Positions 15,001 through 28,600 of a stretch of DNA of 64,000 nucleotides are shown in pieces. Position 1 is the stretch's first letter, and each line of letters opens with the position of its first letter. The stretch is taken from positions 1,891,344-1,955,343 of the forward strand of contig CM082584.2 of assembly GCA_040954595.2 (NCBI GenBank). Direction: 5' to 3'. The translations under genes were made by a program, and so were the position numbers. The notes beneath the pieces are model-generated. The model was not told the DNA's origin and did no database searches. It saw nothing but the letters and a program-made list of their open reading frames with translations. Origin of the DNA: Balanoglossus misakiensis. Taxonomy: Eukaryota; Animalia; Hemichordata.

Positions 15001-18000
15001 CCCCTGTAGGCATTTTATACCCATGTCAAAGTGCAGAGCTTGCATCACTATCTACCCTGATGCATAATCAACCTTGCTTCGCCATTTACCCTGATGCAAA
15101 GAATCAGATTCAATGTCATCGTTGCATTAGCAATGTCAAAGTACAGTGCTTTTGGACACGTATTAACCCAGGGATTTACAGACAACTGTAAATCCCCCTG
15201 AAGGCATTTTATACCCATGTCAAAGTGAAGTGTTTGCAACACTATCTACCCTGATGCATCATAAAGCTTGCTACGCCATTTACCCTGATGCAAAGAATCA
15301 GATTCAATGTCATCATTGCATTAGCAATGTCAAAGTACAGTGCTTTTCGACACGAATTAACCCACAGATTTTTCAACAACCTTAAATCCCCATATGCATT
15401 TAATACCCATGTCAAAGTGAAGTGTTTGCATCACTATCTACCCTGATGCATCATAAAGCTTGCTACGCCATTTACCCTGATGCAAAGAATCAGATTCAAT
15501 GTCATCGTTACATTAGCAATGTCAAAGTACAGTGCTTTTGGACACGTATTAACCCAGGGATTTATCATCAACTTGAAATCCCCATATGCATTTAATACCC
15601 ATGTCAAATTGAAGCGATTGCATCACTATCTACCCTGATGCATCATCAACCTTGCTTCGCCATTTGCCCTGATGCAAAGAATCAGATTCAATGTCATCGT
15701 TGCATTAGCAATGTCAAATTAGAGTGCTTTTGGCCACGTATTAACCTATGGATTTACATTTAACATTAAATACCCATGTGAAAGTGCAGAGTTTGCATCA
15801 CCATCTACTCCGATGCATCATTGAGCTTGCTTCGCCATTTGCCCTAATGCAAAGAATCCCATTCAATGTCACCATTGCATATGCAATGTCCAAGTACAGT
15901 GCTTTCCGCCACGTATTAACCCAGGGATTTACAGACAACTTTAAATCCCCCAGTAGGCATTTTATACCCATGTCAAAGTGCAGAGCTTGCATCACTATCT
16001 ACCCTGATGCATCATCAACCTTGCTTCGCCATTTACCCTGATGCAAAGAATCAGATTCAATGTCATCGTTGCATTAGCAATGTCAAAGTACAGTGCTTTT
16101 GGACACGTATTAACCCAGGGATTTATCATCAACTTGAAATCCCCATATGCATTTAATACCCATGTCAAATTGAAGCGATTGCATCACTATCTACCCTGAT
16201 GCATCATCAACCTTGCTTCGCCATTTGCCCTGATGCAAAGAATCAGATTCAATGTCATCGTTGCATTAACAATGTCAAATTAGAGTGCTTTTGGCCACGT
16301 ATTAACCTATGGATTTACATTTAACATTAAATACCCATGTGAAAGTGCAGAGTTTGCATCACCATCTACTCTGATGCATCATTGAGCTTGCTTCGCCATT
16401 TGCCCTAATGCAAAGAATCCCATTCAATGTCACCATTGCATATGCAATGTCAAAGTACAGTGCTTACCGCCACGTATTAACCCAGGGATTTACAGACAAC
16501 TTTAAATCCCCCAGTAGGCATTTTATACCCATGTCAAAGTGCAGAGCTGGCATCACTATCTACCCTGATGCATCATCAACCTTGCTTCGCCATTTACCCT
16601 GATGCAAAGAATCAGATTCAATGTCATCGTTGCATTAGCAATGTCAAAGTACAGTGCTTTCCGCCACGTATTAACCCAGGGATTTACAGACAACTTTAAA
16701 TCCCCCAGTAGGCATTTTATACCCATGTCAAAGTGCAGAGCTTGCATCACTATCTACCCTGATGCATCATCAACCTTGCTTCGCCATTTACCCTGATGCA
16801 AAGAATCAGATTCAATGTCATCGTTGCATTAGCAATGTCAAAGTACAGTGCTTTTGGACACGTATTAACCCAGGGATTTACAGACAACTTTAAATCCCCC
16901 TGTAGGCATTTTACACCCATGTCAAAGTAAAGTGTTTGCATCACTATCTACCCTGATGCATCATAAAGCTTGCTACGCCATTTACCCTGATGCAAAGAAT
17001 CAGATTCAATGTCATCATTGCATTAGCAATGTCAAAGGACAGTGCTTTTCGACACGTATTAACCCACAGATTTTTCAACAACCTGAAATCCCCATATGCA
17101 TTTAATACCCATGTCAAAGTGAAGTGTTTGCATCACTATCTACCCTGATGCATCATTAAGCTTGCTACGCCATTTACCCTGATGCAAAGAATCATATTCA
17201 ATGTCATCGTTACATTAGCAATGTCAAAGTACAGTGCTTTTGGACACGTATTAACCCAGGGATTTATCATCAACTTGAAATCCCCATATGCATTTAATAC
17301 CCATGTCAAAGTGAAGTGATTGCATCAATATCTACCTTGATGCATCATCAACCTTGCTTCGCCATTTGCCCTGATGCAAAGAATCCGATTCAATGTCATC
17401 GTTGCATTAGCAATGTCAAATTAGAGTGCTTTTGGCCACGTATTAACCTATGGATTTACATTTAACATTAAATACCCATGTGAAAGTGCAGAGTTTGCAT
17501 CACCATCTACTCTGATGCATCATTGAGCTTGCTTCGCCATTTGCCCTAATGCAAAGAATCCCATTCAATGTCACCATTGCATATGCAATGTCAAAGTACA
17601 GTGCTTTCCGCCACGTATTAACCCAGGGATTTACAGACAACTTTAAATCCCCCTGTAGGCATTTTATACCCATGTCAAAGTGCAGAGCTTGCATCACTAT
17701 CTACCCTGATGCATAATCAACCTTGCTTCGCCATTTACCCTGATGCAAAGAATCAGATTCAATGTCATCGTTGCATTAGCAATGTCAAAGTACAGTGCTT
17801 TTGGACACGTATTAACCCAGGGATTTACAGACAACTGTAAATCCCCCTGTAGGCATTTTATACCCATGTCAAAGTGAAGTGTTTGCAACACTATCTACCC
17901 TGATGCATCATAAAGCTTGCTACGCCATTTACCCTGATGCAAAGAATCAGATTCAATGTCATCATTGCATTAGCAATGTCAAAGTACAGTGCTTTTCGAC

Positions 18001-19610
18001 ACGAATTAACCCACAGATTTTTCAACAACCTGAAATCCCCATATGCATTTAATACCCATGTCAAAGTGAAGTGTTTGCATCACTATCTACCCTGATGCAT
18101 CATAAAGCTTGCTACGCCATTTACCCTGATGCAAAGAATCAGATTCAATGTCATCGTTACATTAGCAATGTCAAAGTACAGTGCTTTTGGACACGTATTA
18201 ACCCAGGGATTTATCATCAACTTGAAATCCCCATATGCATTTAATACCCATGTCAAATTGAAGCGATTGCATCACTATCTACCCTGATGCATCATCAACC
18301 TTGCTTCACCATTTGCCCTGATGCAAAGAATCAGATTCAATGTCATCGTTGCATTAGCAATGTCAAATTAGAGTGCTTTTGGCCACGTATTAACCTATGG
18401 ATTTACATTTAACATTAAATACCCATGTGAAAGTGCAGAGTTTGCATCACCATCTACTCCGATGCATCATTGAGCTTGCTTCGCCATTTGCCCTAATGCA
18501 AAGAATCCCATTCAATGTCACCATTGCATATGCAATGTCCAAGTACAGTGCTTTCCGCCACGTATTAACCCAGGGATTTACAGACAACTTTAAATCCCCC
18601 AGTAGGCATTTTATACCCATGTCAAAGTGCAGAGCTGGCATCACTATCTACCCTGATGCATCATCAACCTTGCTTCGCCATTTACCCTGATGCAAAGAAT
18701 CAGATTCAATGTCATCGTTGCATTAGCAATGTCAAAGTACAGTGCTTTCCGCCACGTATTAACCCAGGGATTTACAGACAACTTTAAATCCCCCAGTAGG
18801 CATTTTATACCCATGTCAAAGTGCAGAGCTTGCATCACTATCTACCCTGATGCATCATCAACCTTGCTTCGCCATTTACCCTGATGCAAAGAATCAGATT
18901 CAATGTCATCGTTGCATTAGCAATGTCAAAGTACAGTGCTTTTGGACACGTATTAACCCAGGGATTTACAGACAACTTTAAATCCCCCTGTAGGCATTTT
19001 ACACCCATGTCAAAGTAAAGTGTTTGCATCACTATCTACCCTGATGCATCATAAAGCTTGCTACGCCATTTACCCTGATGCAAAGAATCAGATTCAATGT
19101 CATCATTGCATTAGCAATGTCAAAGGACAGTGCTTTTCGACACGTATTAACCCACAGATTTTTCAACAACCTGAAATCCCCATATGCATTTAATACCCAT
19201 GTCAAAGTGAAGTGTTTGCATCACTATCTACCCTGATGCATCATTAAGCTTGCTACGCCATTTACCCTGATGCAAAGAATCATATTCAATGTCATCGTTA
19301 CATTAGCAATGTCAAAGTACAGTGCTTTTGGACACGTATTAACCCAGGGATTTATCATCAACTTGAAATCCCCATATGCATTTAATACCCATGTCAAAGT
19401 GAAGTGATTGCATCAATATCTACCTTGATGCATCATCAACCTTGCTTCGCCATTTGCCCTGATGCAAAGAATCCGATTCAATGTCATCGTTGCATTAGCA
19501 ATGTCAAATTAGAGTGCTTTTGGCCACGTATTAACCTATGGATTTACATTTAACATTAAATACCCATGTGAAAGTGCAGAGTTTGCATCACCATCTACTC
19601 TGATGCATCA
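1..19610. repeat. 11,029-bp offset block duplication (1-~8581 matches 11030-~19610)
   Basis: Private variants recur at exactly +11029 (ORFs 593/11622, 2878/13907, 3822/14851, 7809/18838; GCAAGGAATC at ~68/11097). I noticed only two differences by eye (near 3774/14803 and 4352/15381). Confidence 0.9.
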
Positions 19611-22600
19611 TTGAGCTTGCTTCGCCATTTGCCCTAATGCAAAGAATCCCATTCAATGTCACCATTGCATATGCAATGTCAAAGTACAGTGCTTTCCGCC
19701 ACGTATTAACCCAGGGATTTACAGACAACTTTAAATCCCCCTGTAGGCATTTTATACCCATGTCAAAGTGCAGAGCTTGCATCACTATCTACCCTGATGC
19801 ATAATCAACCTTGCTTCGCCATTTACCCTGATGCAAAGAATCAGATTCAATGTCATCGTTGCATTAGCAATGTCAAAGTACAGTGCTTTTGGACACGTAT
19901 TAACCCAGGGATTTACAGACAACTGTAAATCCCCCTGTAGGCATTTTATACCCATGTCAAAGTGAAGTGTTTGCAACACTATCTACCCTGATGCATCATA
20001 AAGCTTGCTACGCCATTTACCCTGATGCAAAGAATCAGATTCAATGTCATCATTGCATTAGCAATGTCAAAGTACAGTGCTTTTCGACACGAATTAACCC
20101 ACAGATTTTTCAACAACCTGAAATCCCCATATGCATTTAATACCCATGTCAAAGTGAAGTGTTTGCATCACTATCTACCCTGATGCATCATAAAGCTTGC
20201 TACGCCATTTACCCTGATGCAAAGAATCAGATTCAATGTCATCGTTACATTAGCAATGTCAAAGTACAGTGCTTTTGGACACGTATTAACCCAGGGATTT
20301 ATCATCAACTTGAAATCCCCATATGCATTTAATACCCATGTCAAATTGAAGCGATTGCATCACTATCTACCCTGATGCATCATCAACCTTGCTTCACCAT
20401 TTGCCCTGATGCAAAGAATCAGATTCAATGTCATCGTTGCATTAGCAATGTCAAATTAGAGTGCTTTTGGCCACGTATTAACCTATGGATTTACATTTAA
20501 CATTAAATACCCATGTGAAAGTGCAGAGTTTGCATCACCATCTACTCCGATGCATCATTGAGCTTGCTTCGCCATTTGCCCAAATGCAAAGAATCCCATT
20601 CAATGTCACCATTGCATATGCAATGTCCAAGTACAGTGCTTTCCGCCACGTATTAACCCAGGGATTTACAGACAACTTTAAATCCCCCAGTAGGCATTTT
20701 ATACCCATGTCAAAGTGCAGAGCTTGCATCACTATCTACCCTGATGCATCATCAACCTTGCTTCGCCATTTACCCTGATGCAAAGAATCAGATTCAATGT
20801 CATCGTTGCATTAGCAATGTCAAAGTACAGTGCTTTTGGACACGTATTAACCCAGGGATTTACAGACAACTTTAAATCCCCCTGTAGGCATTTTATACCC
20901 ATGTTAAAGTGAAGTGATTGCATCACTATCTACCCTGATGCATCATAAAGCTTGCTACGCCATTTACCCTGATGCAAAGAATCAGATTCAATGTCATAGT
21001 TGCATTAGCAATGTCAAAGTACAGTGCTTTTGGACACGTATTAACCCAGGGATTTATCATCAACTTGAAATCCCCATATGCATTAAATACCAATGTCAAA
21101 GTGAAGTGATTGCATCACTATCTACCCTGATGCATCATCAACCTTGCTTCGCCATTTGCCCTGATGCAAAGAATCAGATTCAATGTCATCGTTCCATTAG
21201 CAATGTCAAATTAGAGTGCTTTTGGCCACGTATTAACCTATGGATTTACATTTAACATTAAATACCCATGTGAAAGTGCAGAGTTTGCATCACCATCTAC
21301 TCTGATGCATCATTGAGCTTGCTTCGCCATTTGCCCTAATGCAAAGAATCCCATTCAATGTCACCATTGCATATGCAATGTCAAAGTACAGTGCTTTCAG
21401 CCACGTATTAACCCAGGGATTTACAGACAACTTTAAATCCCCCTGTAGGCATTTTATACACATGTCAAAGTGCAGAGCTTGCATCACTATCTACCCTGAT
21501 GCATCATCAACCTTGCTTCCCCATTTACCCTGATGCAAAGAATCAGATTCAATGTCATCGCTGCATTAGCAATGTCAAAGTACAGTGTTTTTGGACACGT
21601 ATTAACCCAGGGATTTACAGACAACTTTAAATCCCCCTGTAGGCATTTTATACCCATGTCAAAGTGAAGTGTTCGCATCACTATCTACCCTGATGCGTCA
21701 TAAAGCTTGCTACGCTATTTACCCTGATGCAAAGAATCAGATTCAATGTCATCGTTGCATTAGCAATGTCAAAGTACAGTGCTTTTGGACACGTATTAAC
21801 CCACAGATTTTTCAACAACCTGAAATCCCCATATGCATTTAATACCCATGACAAAGTGAAGTGTTTGCATCACTATCTGCCCTGATGCATCATAAAGCTT
21901 GCTACGCCATTTACCCTGATGCAAAGAATCAGATTCAATGTCATCGTTGCATTAGCAATGTCAAAGTACAGTGCTTTTGGACACGTATTAACCCAGGGAT
22001 TTATCATCAACTTGAAATCCCCATATGCATTTAATACCAATGTCAAAGTGAAGTGATTGCATAACTATCTACCCTGATGCATCATCAACCTTGCTTCGCC
22101 ATTTGCCCTGATGCAAAGAATCAGATTCAATGTCATCGTTCCATTAGCAATGTCAAATTAGAGTGCTTTTGGCCACGTATTAACCTATGGATTTACATTT
22201 AACATTAAATACCCATGTGAAAGTGCACAGTTTGCATCACCATCTACTCTGATGCATCATTGAGCTTGCTTCGCCATTTGCCCTAATGCAAAGAATCCCA
22301 TTCAATGTCACCATTGCATATGCAATGTCAAAGTACAGTGCTATCCGCCACGTATTAACCCAGGGATTTACAGACAACTTTAAATCCCCCTGTAGGCATT
22401 TTATACCCATGTCAAAGTGCAGAGCTTGCACCACTATCTACCCTGATGCATCATCAACCTTGCTTCGCCATTTACCCTGATGCAAAGAATCAGATTCAAT
22501 GTCATCGTTGCATTAGCAATGTCAAAGTACGGTGCTTTTGGACACGTATTAACCCAGGGATTTACAGACAACTTTAAATTCCCCTGTAGGCATTTTATAC

Positions 22601-25600
22601 CCATGTCAAAGTGAAGTGTTTGCATCACTATCTACCCTGATGCATCATAAAGCTTGCTACGCCATTTACCCTGATGCAAAGAATCTGATTCAATGTCATC
22701 GTTGCATTAGCAATGTCAAAGTACAGTGCTTTTGGACACGTATTAACCCAGGGATTTATCATCAACTTGAAATCCCCATATGCATTTAATACCAATGTCA
22801 AAGTGAAGTGATTGCATAACTATCTACCCTGATGCATCATCAACCTTGCTTCGCCATTTGCCCTGATGCAAAGAATCAGATTCAATGTCATCGTTCCATT
22901 AGCAATGTCAAATTAGAGTGCTTTTGGCCACGTATTAACCTATGGATTTACATTTAACATTAAATACCCATGTGAAAGTGCACAGTTTGCATCACCATCT
23001 ACTCTGATGCATCATTGAGCTTGCTTCGCCATTTGCCCTAATGCAAAGAATCCCATTCAATGTCACCATTGCATATGCAATGTCAAAGTACAGTGCTATC
23101 CGCCACGTATTAACCCAGGGATTTACAGACAACTTTAAATCCCCCTGTAGGCATTTTATACCCATGTCAAAGTGCAGAGCTTGCATCACTATCTACCCTG
23201 ATGCATCATCAACCTTGCTTCGCCATTTACCCTGATGCAAAGAATCAGATTCAATGTCATCGTTGCATTAGCAATGTCAAAGTACGGTGCTTTTGGACAC
23301 GTATTAACCCAGGGATTTACAGACAACTTTAAATTCCCCTGTAGGCATTTTATACCCCTATGTCAAAGTGAAGTGTTTGCATCACTATCTACCCTGATGC
23401 ATCATAAAGCTTGCTACGCCATTTACCCTGATGCAAAGAATCAGATTCAATGTCATCATTGCATTAGCAATGTCAAAGTACAGTGCTTTTCCACATGTAT
23501 TAACCCACAGATTTTTCAACAACCTGAAATCCCCATATGCATTTAATACCCATGTCAAAGTGAACTGTTTGCATCACTATCTACCCTGATGCATCATAAA
23601 GCTTGCTACGCCATTTACCCTGATGCAAAGAATCAGATTCAATGTCATCATTGCATTAGCAATGTCAAAGTACAGTGCTTTTCGACACGTATTAACCCAC
23701 AGATTTTTCAACAACCTGAAATCCCCATATGCATTTAATACCCATGTCAAAGTGAAGTGATTGCATCACTATCTACCCTGATGCATCATCAACCTTGCTT
23801 CGCCATTTGCCCTGATGCAAAGAATCAGATTCAACGTCATCGTTCCATTAGCAATGTCAAATTAGAGTGCTTTTGGCCACGTATTAACCTATGGATTTAC
23901 ATTTAACATTAAATACCCATGTGAAAGTGCACAGTTTGCATCACCATCTACTCTGATGCATCATTGAGCTTGCTTCGCCATTTGCCCTAATGCAAAGAAT
24001 CCCATTCAATGTCACCATTGCATATGCAATGTCAAAGTACAGTGCTATCCGCCACGTATTAACCCAGGGATTTACAGACAACTTTAAATCCCCCTGTAGG
24101 CATTTTATACCCATGTCAAAGTGCAGAGCTTGCATCACTATCTACCCTGATGCATCATCAACCTTGCTTCGCCATTTACCCTGATGCAAAGAATCAGATT
24201 CAATGTCATCGTTGCATTAGCAATGTCAAAGTACAGTGCTTTTGGACACGTATTAACCCAGGGATTTACAGACAACTTTAAATCCCCCTGTAGGCATTTT
24301 ATACCCATGTCAAAGTGAAGTGTTTGCATCACTATCTACCCTGATGCATCATAAACCTTGCTATGCCATTTACCCTGATGCAAAGAATCATATTCAATGT
24401 CATCGTTACATTAGCAATGTCAAAGTACATTGCTTTTGGACACGTATTAACCCAGGGATTTATCATCAACTTGAAATCCCCATATGCATTTAATACCCAT
24501 GTCAAAGTGAAGTGATTGCATCACTATCTACCCTGATGCATCATCAACCTTGCTTCGCCATTTGCCCTGATGCAAAGAATCAGATTCAATGTCATCGTTG
24601 CATTAGCAATGTCAAATTAGAGTGCTTTTGGCCACGTATTAACCTATGGATTTACATTTAACATTAAATACCCATGTGAAAGTGCAGAGTTTGCATCACC
24701 ATCTACTCTGATGCATAATTGAGCTTGCTTCGCCATTTGCCCTAATGCAAAGAATCCCATTCAATGTCACCATTGCATATGCAATGTCAAAGTACAGTGC
24801 TTTCCGCCACATATTAACCCAGGGATTTACAGACAACTTTAAATCCCCCTGTAGGCATTTTATACCCATGTCAAAGTGCAGAGCTTGCATCACTATCTAC
24901 CCTGATGCATAATCAACCTTGCTTCGCCATTTACCCTGATGCAAAGAATCAGATTCAATGTCATCGTTGCATTAGCAATGTCAAAGTACAGTGCTTTTGG
25001 ACACGTATTAACCCACAGATTTTTCAACAACCTGAAATCCCCATATGCATTTAATACCCATGTCAAAGTGAAGTGTTTGCATCACTATCTACCCTGATGC
25101 ATCATAAAGCTTGCTACGCCATTTACCCTGATGCAAAGAATCAGATTCAATGTCATCGTTGCATTAGCAATGTCAAAGTACAGTGCTTTTGGACACGTAT
25201 TAACCCAGGGATTTATCATCAACTTGAAATCCCCATATGCATTTAATACCAATGTCAAAGTGAAGTGATTGCATCACTATCTACCCTGATGCATCATCAA
25301 CCTTGCTTCGCCATTTGCCCTGATGCAGAGAATCAGATTCAATGTCATCGTTCCATTAGCAATGTCAAATTACAGTGCTTTTGGCCACGTATTAACCTAT
25401 GGATTTACATTTAACATTAAATACCCATGTGAAAGTGCAGAGTTTGCATCACCATCTACTCTGATGCATCATTGAGCTTGCTTCGCCATTTGCCCTAATG
25501 CAAAGAATCCCATTCAATGTCACCATTGCATATGCAATGTCAAAGTACAGTGCTTTCCGCCACATATTAACCCAGGGATTTACAGACAACTTTAAATCCC

Positions 25601-28600
25601 CCTGTAGGCATTTTATACCCATGTCAAAGTGCAGAGCTTGCATCACTATCTACCCTGATGCATCATCAACCTTGCTTCGCCATTTACCATGATGCAAAGA
25701 ATCAGATTCAATGTCATCGCTGCATTAGCAATGTCAAAGTACAGTGTTTTTGGACACGTATTAACCCAGGGATTTACAGACAACTTTAAATCCCCCTGTA
25801 GGCATTTTATACCCATGTCAAAGTGAAGTGTTTGCATCACTATCTACCCTGATGCATCATAAAGCTTGCTATGCCATTTACCCTGATGCAAATAATCAGA
25901 TTCAATGTCATCATTGCATTAGCAATGTCAAAGTACAGTGCTTTTCGACACGTATTAACCCACAGATTTTTCAACAACCTGAAATCCCCATATGCATTTA
26001 ATACCCATGTCAAAGTGAAGTGTTTGCATTACTATCTACCCTGATGCATCATAAAGCTTGCTACGCCATTTACCCTGATGCAAAGAATCAGATTCAATGT
26101 CATCGTTGCATTAGCAATGTCAAAGTACAGTGCTTTTGGACACGTATTAACCCACAGATTTTTCAACAACCTGAAATCCCCATATGCATTTAATACCCAT
26201 GTCAAAGTGAAGTGTTTACATTACTATCTACCCTGATGCATCATAAAGCTTTCTACGCCATTTACCCTGATGCAAAGAATCATAATCAATGTCATCGTTG
26301 CATTAGCAATGTCAAAGTACAGTGCTTTTGGACACGTATTAACCCACTGATTTTTCAACAACCTGAAATCCTCATATGCATTTAATACCCATGTCAAAGT
26401 GAAGTGTTTGCATTACTATCTACCCTGATGCATCATAAAGCTTGCTACGCCATATACCCTGATGCAAAGAATCAGATTCAATGTCATCGTTGCATTAGCA
26501 ATGTCAAATTATAGTGCGTTTGGACACGTATTAACCCAGGGATTTATCATCAACTTGAAATCCCCATATGCATTTAATACCAATGTCAAAGTGAAGTGAT
26601 TGCATCACTATCTACTCTGATGCATCATAAACCTTGCTTCGCCATTTGCCATGATGCAAAGAATCAGATTCAATGTCATCGTTCCATTAGCAATGTCAAA
26701 TTAGAGTGCTTTTGGCCACGTATTAACCTATGGATTTACATTTAACATTAAATACCCATGTGAAAGTGCAGAGTTTGCATCACCATCTACTCTGATGCAT
26801 AATTGAGCTTGCTTCGCCATTTGCCCTAATGCAAAGAATCCCATTCAATGTCACCATTGCATATGCAATGTCAAAGTACAGTGCTTTCCGCCACATATTA
26901 ACCCAGGGATTTACAGACAACTTTAAATCCCCCTGTAGGCATTTTATACCCATGTCAAAGTGCAGAGCTTGCATCACTATCTACCCTGATGCATAATCAA
27001 CCTTGCTTCGCCATTTACCCTGATGCAAAGAATCAGATTCAATGTCATCGTTGCATTAGCAATGTCAAAGTACAGTGCTTTTGGACACGTATTAACCCAG
27101 GGATTTACAGACAACTTTAAATCCCCCTGTAGGCATTTTATACACATGTCAAAGTGAAGGGCTTGCATCACTATCTATCCTGATGCATAATCAACCTTGC
27201 TTCGCCATTTACCCTGATGCAAAGAATCAGATTCAATGTCATCATTGCATTAGCAATGTCAAAGTACAGTGCTTTTCGACACGTATTAACCCACAGATTT
27301 TTCAACAACCTGAAATCCCCATATGCATTTAATACCCATGTCAAAGTGAAGTGTTTGCATCACTATCTACCCTGATGCATCATAAAGCTTGCTACGCCAT
27401 TTACCCTGATGCAAAGAATCCGATTCAATGTCATCGTTACATTAGCAATGTCAAAGTACAGTGCTTTCCGCCACGTATTAACCCAGGGATTTACAGACAA
27501 CTTTAAATCCCCCTGTAGGCATTTTATACCCATGTCAAAGTGCAGAGCTTGCATCACTATCTACCCTGATGCATCATCAACCTTGCTTCGCCATTTACCC
27601 TGATGCAAAGAATCAGATTCAATGTCATCGCTGCATTAGCAATGTCAAAGTACTGTGTTTTTGGACACGTATTAACCCAGGGATTTACAGACAACTTTAA
27701 ATCCCCCTGTAGGCATTTTATACCCATGTCAAAGTGAAGTGTTTGCTTCACTATCTACCCTGATGCATCATAAAGCTTGCTACGCCATTTACCCTGATGC
27801 AAAGAATCAGATTCAATGTCATCATTGCATTAGCAATGTCAAAGTACAGTGCTTTTCGACACGTATTAACCCACAGATTTTTCAACAACCTGAAATCCCC
27901 ATATGCATTTAATACCCATGTCAAAGTGAAGTGTTTGCATTACTATCTACCCTGATGCATCATAAAGCTTGCTACGCCATTTACCCTGATGCAAAGAATC
28001 AGATTCAATGTCATCGTTGCATTAGCAATGTCAAAGTACAGTGCTTTTGGACACGTATTAACCCAGGGATTTATCATCAACTTGAAATCCCCATATGCAT
28101 TTAATACCAATGTCAAAGTGAAGTGATTGCATCACTATCTACCCTGATGCATCATAAAGCTTTCTACGCCATTTACCCTGATGCAAAGAATCAGATTCAA
28201 TGTCATCGTTGCATTAGCAATGTCAAAGTACAGTGCTTTTCGACACGTATTAACCCACAGATTTTTCAACAACCTGAAATCCCCATATGCATTTAATACC
28301 CATGTCAAAGTGAAGTGTTTGCATTACTATCTACCCTGATGCATCATAAAGCTTTCTACGCCATTTACCCTGATGCAAAGAATCAGATTCAATGTCATCA
28401 TTGCATTAGCAATGTCAAAGTACAGTGCTTTTCGACACGTATTAACCCACAGATTTTTCAACAACCTGAAATCCCCATATGCATTTAATACCCATGTCAA
28501 AGTGAAGTGTTTGCATTACTATCTACCCTGATGCATCATAAAGCTTGCTACGCCATTTACCCTGATGCAAAGAATCAGATTCAATGTCATCGTTACATTA

